Assembly (NCBI GenBank): GCA_040902005.1
Contig: JBBDYA010000043.1
Coordinates: forward strand, 13,226 to 36,732
Source: Gemmatimonadaceae bacterium
GTDB taxonomy: Bacteria > Gemmatimonadota > Gemmatimonadetes > Gemmatimonadales > Gemmatimonadaceae
Length of the DNA stretch: 23,507 nucleotides
Direction of reading: 5' to 3'
Position numbers and translations under genes: made by a program. Below the pieces are notes generated by a model that was given only the letters and a program-made list of their open reading frames with translations, was not told the DNA's origin and did no database searches. Below are positions 1 to 6,788 of the stretch, one piece after another. Position 1 is the stretch's first letter; each line of letters begins with the position of its first letter.

Positions 1-660
1 GTCGCCTACAACATTCCCCACCGCGACTGCGGCAGCTACTCCGCGGGCGGAAGCGCGAGTGCGAACGCCTATCGCCAGTGGATTCGCAAGTTCGCGGCGG
101 GACTGGGCGGCAAGCAGGCGGTCGTGGTGCTGGAACCGGATGCCGTTCCGCAGGCGGATTGTCTTCCCGCGGCGGCGCGTGAGGAGCGGTACGCCCTGTT
201 GCGCGACGCGATTCAGGTGCTGAAGGCGGCGCATGCGGTAGTGTACCTCGACGGCGGAAACGCGCTCTGGCTGCCCGCGGCAGAAGCGGGCAAGCGGCTC
301 ACGAGCGCGGGGATCGCGCAGGCCGACGGCTTTGCGCTCAACGTGTCGAACTATCAGAGCACGTCGTCGAATGTGGCGTACGGCGATCAGCTGTCGCGAC
401 AGGTGGGTGGCAAGCACTACATCATCGACACCAGCCGCAACGGCATCGGCGGCGCCGGCGGAGCGTGGTGCAACGTGGCAGGGCAATCGCTCGGCGCCCT
501 GCCGACGACGAATACCGGCCGCCCGCTGGTGGACGCCTACCTCTGGATCAAGCAGCCGGGGGAGTCGGACGGAACGTGCAACGGCGGACCGCGCGCGGGT
601 GCGTGGTGGCCGGAGTATGCGCTTGGCCTGGCCCGTCAGCAGATGGTGGCAGTGCGCTGA
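1..660 (+). CDS. Glycoside hydrolase family 6 (cellulase/endoglucanase) catalytic domain, 5' end outside the window
   Basis: Frame +1 is open from base 1. It reads VAYNIPHRDCGSYSAGG...VVVLEPDA (catalytic acid)...YLDGGN...GFALNVSNY...IIDTSRNG...WCN...DAYLWIKQPGESDG...AGAWW, all GH6 signature motifs. Stop TGA at 658-660. Confidence 0.93.
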   Translation, partial: VAYNIPHRDCGSYSAGGSASANAYRQWIRKFAAGLGGKQAVVVLEPDAVPQADCLPAAAREERYALLRDAIQVLKAAHAVVYLDGGNALWLPAAEAGKRLTSAGIAQADGFALNVSNYQSTSSNVAYGDQLSRQVGGKHYIIDTSRNGIGGAGGAWCNVAGQSLGALPTTNTGRPLVDAYLWIKQPGESDGTCNGGPRAGAWWPEYALGLARQQMVAVR

Positions 661-688
661 CGAACCCGGTGTTCAGGATCGGAATGGC

Positions 689-726
689 AAGGGGAAATGG
701 GCGGATTATCCGTCCATTTCCCCTTT
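689..726. terminator. Probable bidirectional intrinsic terminator between convergent genes
   Basis: 17-bp stem AAGGGGAAATGGGCGGA (689-705) / TCCGTCCATTTCCCCTT (709-725) with one G-U pair and a 3-nt loop. It lies between the GH6 stop (660) and the stop of the minus-strand gene (741). Confidence 0.8.
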
Positions 727-740
727 CTGCGTTCCGGAGG

Positions 741-1454
741 TCAGCGACTCAAGGGCAACACGCCCTCGATCTTGAAGTACACGGCATTGCTGCCGCCTTC
801 GTACAGCTTCATGCCGGCACCCAGTCCCAGGATGCCACCGTTGCCGCCGTGGAGTTCGAGGATGGCGCCCGGCTGAAAGGCCGAGAAGCCGTCGTTGTCG
901 CTGAGATACGCGACTTCGGCGCCCAACCGCGTTTGCGCACGACCGGCCCGCTGCTGGACTCGAGTCGTTCCGCGAGCGCGCGTCCAGATGGACTCCGTGC
1001 CAAAATTGTACGCACCAAGCAGCTGGTAGCCGAGGGGACCGCCGGTGCCCCAGTGATCCCAGCCGCCGCTGAGCACCACGCCGCTGCCGGGGTCGGCGAC
1101 GATCGCGGGCGCTTCCGTGTCCTTGTTCGAGAACGCGTATCCGAGATTGATGCTCGCGCTGCCGCCGGTGAAGTTGTTGCGCATGCCCGCGTATGGGCGA
1201 ACGACCATGACCGTCGTGCGGCTCGTGCCGACGTCATAGCCCAGATGATACGCCTGCACGCCGAATCGGGGCGACCATCCCATGCCGGACGGTCCCGTGC
1301 TGACTCCGGCGAGCAGCAGCATTGTCTCATCCGTATCGTACTCGGCGACCGCGATCGCCGTCGTCGACATTTGTGCGTTCGCGCTTGCCATCGGGCTGCC
1401 GATGCCAAACAGCGCGACGACAGCCAAGCCGGCCCATGCTTTCTTGCTTTTCAT
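741..1454 (-). CDS. Secreted outer-membrane beta-barrel-like protein (possibly BcsS-like)
   Basis: ATG at 1454 is preceded by GGAG (alternative GTG at 1463). Sec signal MKSKKAWAGLAVVALFGIGSPMASANA-Q, then about 210 aa of Gly/aromatic-rich amphipathic strands ending VYFKIEGVLPLSR. The BcsS resemblance rests on size, pattern and context only. Confidence 0.6.
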   Translation of the reverse strand: MKSKKAWAGLAVVALFGIGSPMASANAQMSTTAIAVAEYDTDETMLLLAGVSTGPSGMGWSPRFGVQAYHLGYDVGTSRTTVMVVRPYAGMRNNFTGGSASINLGYAFSNKDTEAPAIVADPGSGVVLSGGWDHWGTGGPLGYQLLGAYNFGTESIWTRARGTTRVQQRAGRAQTRLGAEVAYLSDNDGFSAFQPGAILELHGGNGGILGLGAGMKLYEGGSNAVYFKIEGVLPLSR

Positions 1455-1557
1455 TCTTGCCACTCCGGGAGAACGTTCAGGTGCCAGTGCGGCACGGTCG
1501 CCGCCTCTTCTCGTGCCAGGTCAACGCAAATGCGGGTCCAGAGCGCTGCTGTGAGCG

Positions 1558-3132
1558 CTACGTTCGCCAGTAGATGCGCTTCCTCGAGAAGTGCCGCACG
1601 ATCAGCACGGTCGCGGTGACCTCCACAATGCTGCGCAGCACCACCTCGCCCGCCGAGTTTCGCAGTACGCCGCGCAGTGGGGGGATCATCTCCAGCGCCG
1701 AATTCATCAATATGGAAAACAGCACATACGCCATCAGCGGGTTGTGTCCCACGTCGATCAGGGCGCTTACCCACCGACGGCGGTTCAGGCCGTCCACCAG
1801 CGCCGTGAGGGCCACGAGCAGCATGGTGGTAATCCCCGCCACCACGAAGAAGTACGAGAGCGTTTCCGGCACCTTCTTGATCCCACCCTGGAACGGCTCC
1901 ATGAACAGTCCGAGCGTGAGCCACACCGCGCCCCACATGAACAGCGATCGAAGCATTCGCTCGGTAGGGGCGATCGGACGCGCGGTCACGAACAATCCGG
2001 CGATGATCATCGCGAGACACAGCTGTGTCGTGAGCTGGACCTCGCGATTGTACGTGCCGACGACGATCAGCGGCGTGAACGCGGTCGCGAGCGCGGCGAG
2101 CAGGGCCAGGCGGCCGCCATTCCACGTTGACACGGCCCCGGTGTCGGCCGACTGCATCCATCGCAGCACGACATCGCCGGCGATCGTCCCCGGAATGACG
2201 ATGGTGAGCAGGAACAGCCGGCTTGGCAGGAATGCCCACGGCAGGGGCGAGCTGTGCCACCACTGCTGCAGCCACCCGTCATCCTGCGCGCCCAGATGCA
2301 GGGCGACCACCGCCGCCAGAATGCCCACGCGCGCCACCAGGTTGTCGCGCGTGAAATACCAGGTCACCGAGCCGAACAGCGCCGCGAACGCCAGTCCCGA
2401 GATGACGTCGTCCATGCGCGTGAACGAGAACGTCTCGCCGTAGAGCAGGGGCGAGAAGGCCAGGTACGCGAGACCGAGCACCCAGCCGGCACGGTTGAGC
2501 AGGCGGAATCGTGCCGGATCCCAGTCGGCGCGGCGTCGCGTGAAGATCAGCGCCATGATGCCGAACCCCACGATCGCGAGCGCGCGCGTCGTCTGCGAGT
2601 ACCCCATGAAGAAGTTGTTGGAGTGCCCGATGAGCACGGCGTAGAACAGCAGCAGCAGGTAGCGCCTGATCGCACTGAAGACGATGCCGAGCTCCGTTTC
2701 CGCCATTGCGATGCGGCGCGAGAGGGTGAGCGGAAACGCGGCCGCCATCGTGAAGAGAAATGCGCCGTAGGCAAGGTCCCGCCAGGCGAGTCCCGCGAGG
2801 GGCACGATGGCCAGATCGGGCGGCGGCATCTGGCGGTGGTACATCCACAAGGGAAGCTCCGTGCCCCAGATGGTGAAGCCGAACGTCATGGCAATCAGGA
2901 ACAGCCCGCGAAGCGCGTCGAGACTGAACGCGCGCTTCGGTGCGTCCGTTGCGATGACGTCGGACGGTGCGGCGGCGGCGACCGCCTCCGCCACCGCCGC
3001 CAACTCGGCGGCGCGAGGGCGCACGGGCGCGCGATCACGCGCAGGGTCGGTGGGCGCCGGTTCCGGTACCCCCACGTCGTGGACCTCACCGTGAACCGCG
3101 GGATGGATGACGATGGGTTCTTCAGGAGACAT
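1558..3132 (-). CDS. Multi-pass membrane acyltransferase, HGSNAT/DUF5009-like
   Basis: ATG at 3132 overlaps the upstream gene stop (3122). Motifs RAFSLDALRGLFLIAM, WMYHRQ..GLAWRDLAYGAFLFTM, GIKKVPETLSYF and GHNPLMAY are typical of the heparan-alpha-glucosaminide N-acetyltransferase-like family. Many TM segments. Confidence 0.75.
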   Translation of the reverse strand: MSPEEPIVIHPAVHGEVHDVGVPEPAPTDPARDRAPVRPRAAELAAVAEAVAAAAPSDVIATDAPKRAFSLDALRGLFLIAMTFGFTIWGTELPLWMYHRQMPPPDLAIVPLAGLAWRDLAYGAFLFTMAAAFPLTLSRRIAMAETELGIVFSAIRRYLLLLFYAVLIGHSNNFFMGYSQTTRALAIVGFGIMALIFTRRRADWDPARFRLLNRAGWVLGLAYLAFSPLLYGETFSFTRMDDVISGLAFAALFGSVTWYFTRDNLVARVGILAAVVALHLGAQDDGWLQQWWHSSPLPWAFLPSRLFLLTIVIPGTIAGDVVLRWMQSADTGAVSTWNGGRLALLAALATAFTPLIVVGTYNREVQLTTQLCLAMIIAGLFVTARPIAPTERMLRSLFMWGAVWLTLGLFMEPFQGGIKKVPETLSYFFVVAGITTMLLVALTALVDGLNRRRWVSALIDVGHNPLMAYVLFSILMNSALEMIPPLRGVLRNSAGEVVLRSIVEVTATVLIVRHFSRKRIYWRT

Positions 3133-5437
3133 AGGCCTCGCTCTTCTTCTCGTGGTCCGAAGGCCGCCACCGTCGCGCGGCGGCCGGAGCGGCGTCGAAC
3201 TCCACGCCCATGCTGAACAGGATACTGACGCGCGTTTGCAGCGTCTGGACGTGGCGCACGATGCCCGCGCCACTCACGTTCGTTCCCGGCACGTCGAATC
3301 GCACGGACGTGCCCGGCGCGATGGGGGCCTCGCCGACCAACCGCGCGCCGGTGTCGCTGATCTCCTCGAGGATGAAAATGGGCGCCGGATCCCGCAGGTT
3401 GTCACCGGTGCTGCCCGCGGTGCCGAGGTGTACGCGCGCGGGCAGCCCCGCGAGGCGCCGCCGCCGCCCCCGCAGGTTCTGCATCACCTCGGTCGCGCGC
3501 GTGAAGATGTCGATCGACTGCCGATATCGCATGCGCCACATCGGCATGGAGTGCTGGGTGCAATACAGCTCGATCGCGTCGCGGTCCTCCATCGGCAGGG
3601 AATCGAACTCCACTCCGTGCATGAAGACCGCGCCGAGGCGCGTCTCCTCTCCTGCGACGTGTCGCACGATCCCCGCGACCGGAACCATCTTCGGTCCCAG
3701 CGGCAGGCGGATCTCGACGCGCGTGCCGGGGTCCAGCTGCTGCGTGGCGCGAAACGCCAGGCCGTTCGGGTTGAGATCCGCGGTCAGCGCCGGTACCCCA
3801 TCGCGCGACAGCTCATTCGCCAGCCGCACCTGGATGGGTACCTGGTCCACGAACCGGTGATCGTCGCGCTGTTGCCGCATGCGCAGCGTGTGACGCACCA
3901 CAAAGAACGCGAAGTAGCAGTTCCACAACGCCCACCCGCCATTCATCCAGAACGCCACGGAGCCCCACCCGCTGGCGTCATAGTTGATCCAGCCCCGGGT
4001 ATGGGCCACCGTGGCCCAGATCGGCGCTGCGATCGAGAGACCCAGCAGCACCAGCTGCGGGATGTACGCCGACCGCGGCACGCTCGAGTGCCCCTTGGGC
4101 GTCACGTTGAACCGCAATGGCTTCCGCGTGAAGATGGCGAGCGCGGCCAGCATATAGGTCCACACGCGGACCATCGTGAATCGTTCGCTCAGGAGGATGT
4201 ACCCGGTGCCGCGCGCGAGGAGCTCGAAGGCGAGGACGGAGAGTATCAGGTACGGGACCAGCCGCGTCAGGAATGCTTCCTGGCTCCCGGCGATAGGCAG
4301 GATGCCGGTGAAGAAGAAGAGGAGGGGCGTGAGGTAGAACACCGCCTTCTGCCACCCCTCGAAGTAGCACACCGTTCCGGCGAAATAGGCCAGTCGCTGC
4401 GGCAGCGTCAGTGTTCGCATCGTGAGGGGCTTGAGTTTCCTGAGTACCTGCATGGCCCCCTGTCCCCACCGCATCCGTTGCACGTGGTACGCACCCGCGG
4501 ACCCGGGCGCGAGTCCATACGCAAGCGTCTCCCGGTGGTACGCCGTCTTGTATCCGCGCGCGTGCAGCTGGATCGTGGTTTCCATGTCCTCGATGATCGT
4601 CTGCGACGCGAAGCCACCGATGGCCTCCAGCGCTGAGCGCCGGATCATGCCACAGCTTCCGCAGAAGAACGACGCGTTCCAGTGGTCACGCCCGGGCTGG
4701 ATGAGCGCATAGAAGATCCGGTTCTCCTCCCAGAGCCGCCGTCCCTCGTCGTTCACCACGTGTGTGAATGAATCCACGTTGTAGAAGTCCTGCGGTGCCT
4801 GCACCATCGCGAGCAGCGGATCCTCGAAGTAGCCCACGAGCCGGTCGACGATCGTGGGATGTGGCACGTGATCGGCATCGAGCTGCAGGATGAACTCCCC
4901 CGTCGTCACGCTCAGCGCGAAATTCAGGTTGCCGGCCTTGGCGTTCGTGTTGGTCACGCGGCGGATGTAGCCGATGCCCAGCTCCTCGGCCATTGCGCGC
5001 ACGTCCTCCCGCTTGCCGTCATCCAGCATGTACGTCCGGTGCGGATAGCGAATGGCGCGCGCCCCGATCGCGGTGCGCCGCAGTACCTCCAGCGGTTCGT
5101 CAAAATTCGTGATGAAGACATCGACGCCGAGGCCGGGTGGCGGCGGGGGGGGCGATCGGTTCGTGAGCCGCCACGTGAGGAACACGAACGAGCACAGGCC
5201 GATGAACGCCCACGATTCCGCGAGCAGCAGGATGATGGAGGGAACCACGGCCACCGGATCCGTGTTGATCGTGTGCGTCCAGCGCCACCAGACCCAGTAG
5301 CAGGCGTACACCACGGCGATGACCGCCACTGTGCGGATGAGTTTCTCGCGCCACTCGGGAACGCGCGGAATCACGACCTCATCAGTGGGGGGCGTCGGGC
5401 GCCGCCGCGCGTTCATGGGGGTTGCCACTCGCTGCAT
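3122..5437 (-). CDS. bcsA: Cellulose synthase-like GT2 catalytic subunit (copy 1) with two C-terminal PilZ-like domains
   Basis: Motifs DDG, NAKAGNLN, DADH, QAPQDFYN, FFCGS, IED, QRMRW and the FNVTPKG gating loop. PilZ-like motifs RDDHR...DLNPNG and RGRRR...EISDTG. Start uncertain (5437 or 5416). Confidence 0.88.
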   Translation of the reverse strand: MQRVATPMNARRRPTPPTDEVVIPRVPEWREKLIRTVAVIAVVYACYWVWWRWTHTINTDPVAVVPSIILLLAESWAFIGLCSFVFLTWRLTNRSPPPPPPGLGVDVFITNFDEPLEVLRRTAIGARAIRYPHRTYMLDDGKREDVRAMAEELGIGYIRRVTNTNAKAGNLNFALSVTTGEFILQLDADHVPHPTIVDRLVGYFEDPLLAMVQAPQDFYNVDSFTHVVNDEGRRLWEENRIFYALIQPGRDHWNASFFCGSCGMIRRSALEAIGGFASQTIIEDMETTIQLHARGYKTAYHRETLAYGLAPGSAGAYHVQRMRWGQGAMQVLRKLKPLTMRTLTLPQRLAYFAGTVCYFEGWQKAVFYLTPLLFFFTGILPIAGSQEAFLTRLVPYLILSVLAFELLARGTGYILLSERFTMVRVWTYMLAALAIFTRKPLRFNVTPKGHSSVPRSAYIPQLVLLGLSIAAPIWATVAHTRGWINYDASGWGSVAFWMNGGWALWNCYFAFFVVRHTLRMRQQRDDHRFVDQVPIQVRLANELSRDGVPALTADLNPNGLAFRATQQLDPGTRVEIRLPLGPKMVPVAGIVRHVAGEETRLGAVFMHGVEFDSLPMEDRDAIELYCTQHSMPMWRMRYRQSIDIFTRATEVMQNLRGRRRRLAGLPARVHLGTAGSTGDNLRDPAPIFILEEISDTGARLVGEAPIAPGTSVRFDVPGTNVSGAGIVRHVQTLQTRVSILFSMGVEFDAAPAAARRWRPSDHEKKSEAYVS

Positions 5438-5516
5438 CGGGCGCCGATCAAGCGAGTTCCATGCCCCGTGTGACTGTGCTCACATGCGCGGCCCCCTCCT
5501 TGCACCTCGTGCCGGC

Positions 5517-6788
5517 ATGCAGAAATCCACGATGGTGATGCCGAAAATTGCCGCGGTCGCCGGTGTGCTTGCCGCTGCTGCCGCGTGCCACGATGCGGGG
5601 GCGCGCGACACCGAGCGCGACGTGGTCCCGCAATCGAGCGCGTCCGTGACGTCCGAGTACAACGACCAATTCTACCGTGATATGGCCCAACGGTCGTGGT
5701 CGTATCTCGACGCGCACTACCAGCCGTCAACGGGCTTCGTCAACGCGACACCCACCTGGTTCAATACCACGCTGTGGGATCTCGGCGGACAGTTCCTGGC
5801 CTTCCAGGCGGCAAAGGAACTGGGACTGCTGACCGCGGAGGAATACGACAAACGGACGCGTGCAGCCCTGAGTACCCTGGAACGGGTCGAGCTGTTCGAC
5901 GACGCCGCCTTCAACCGGATCTACTCCACGAAGGATGGATCGGCGGCGACCGGATCGGGTGCCGGCTGGTCGGCCACGGATCTGGGGCGTTTTCTCCTGG
6001 CGCTGAAGATTCTGTCGGTTCGCGAGCCCCAGTATGCGGAGCAGGCGGAACGGATTGTCCGGCGGAATGACTTCGCCCAGATCGTGAAGGACGGCTACCT
6101 CCATGGTCGCGTCATCGGCGCCGACGGCCAGCGCTCCAACTTCCAGGAAGGGCGTATCGGGTACGAGCAGTATGTCGCCACCGGCTTCAGCCAGTGGGGA
6201 GCGAACGTCGCCAACGCGATGTCGGTGGCGCTGAACGCACGGCCGGTGGACGTGCTCGGCGTACCGCTGCTGGCGGACAAGCGCGGCTACGACCGGTTGT
6301 TGAGCGAGCCTTTCATTCTGCATGGGCTGGAGCTCGGCCTCTCGGGCGAGCTGCGCGACCTGGCGGCGAATCTGCTGCGGGCGCAGGAAGCGCGGTACCG
6401 CTCCACCGGCCAGATCACCGTCGTGAGTGAGGACGCCATGCCGGTGAAGCCGCATTACTTCTACTACTACTGCGTGTATTGCAATGGCAAGCCGTTCGTC
6501 ATCGGCTTGTCGTCGCCGCGCGAGACGCTCGAGGAGCCCCGCTGGGTGAGCACGAAGGGCGCGTTCGGCTGGCACGCGCTGATGCCGAGCGAGTACACCC
6601 GAGCGGCGATCGACCACGTGGCGCCCGCGCGGCACGACCAGCATGGCTGGGCCACGGGCGTCTTCGAGCAGACGGCGAAATCGACCGACACGTACGACGT
6701 CAACACGGCGGCCGTGCTGATGGAAATCGCGTTCTATCAGTTGCGCGGGCGCAAGCCGTTGATCGAGGCGGCATCCGTCGCACGGTGA
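5517..6788 (+). CDS. DUF3131-family putative (alpha/alpha)6 glycoside hydrolase, lipoprotein
   Basis: Lipoprotein-like signal MPKIAAVAGVLAAAAAC (start 5517, 5532 or 5538). Motifs WSYLDAHYQPSTGFVN, TTLWDLG, WSATDLGR, QEGRIGYEQY, SEPFILHGLELG, VSED and VSTKGAF resemble DUF3131 proteins. Confidence 0.7.
   Translation: MQKSTMVMPKIAAVAGVLAAAAACHDAGARDTERDVVPQSSASVTSEYNDQFYRDMAQRSWSYLDAHYQPSTGFVNATPTWFNTTLWDLGGQFLAFQAAKELGLLTAEEYDKRTRAALSTLERVELFDDAAFNRIYSTKDGSAATGSGAGWSATDLGRFLLALKILSVREPQYAEQAERIVRRNDFAQIVKDGYLHGRVIGADGQRSNFQEGRIGYEQYVATGFSQWGANVANAMSVALNARPVDVLGVPLLADKRGYDRLLSEPFILHGLELGLSGELRDLAANLLRAQEARYRSTGQITVVSEDAMPVKPHYFYYYCVYCNGKPFVIGLSSPRETLEEPRWVSTKGAFGWHALMPSEYTRAAIDHVAPARHDQHGWATGVFEQTAKSTDTYDVNTAAVLMEIAFYQLRGRKPLIEAASVAR

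Noticed and set aside
3107..4636. 509-aa plus-strand ORF opposite bcsA1 (likewise 6866-8497 opposite bcsA2)
   Set aside because: Antisense shadows of the GT2 genes.
5145..5152. G8 tract (C8 on the coding strand) in bcsA1
   Set aside because: Short, and explained by a polyproline linker in high-GC DNA.
5319..5516. Longer N-terminal extensions from the ORF track (5319, 6479, 8880, 3273, 17034, 21684)
   Set aside because: They overlap neighbouring genes; downstream starts give proper signal peptides, RBSs or translational coupling.
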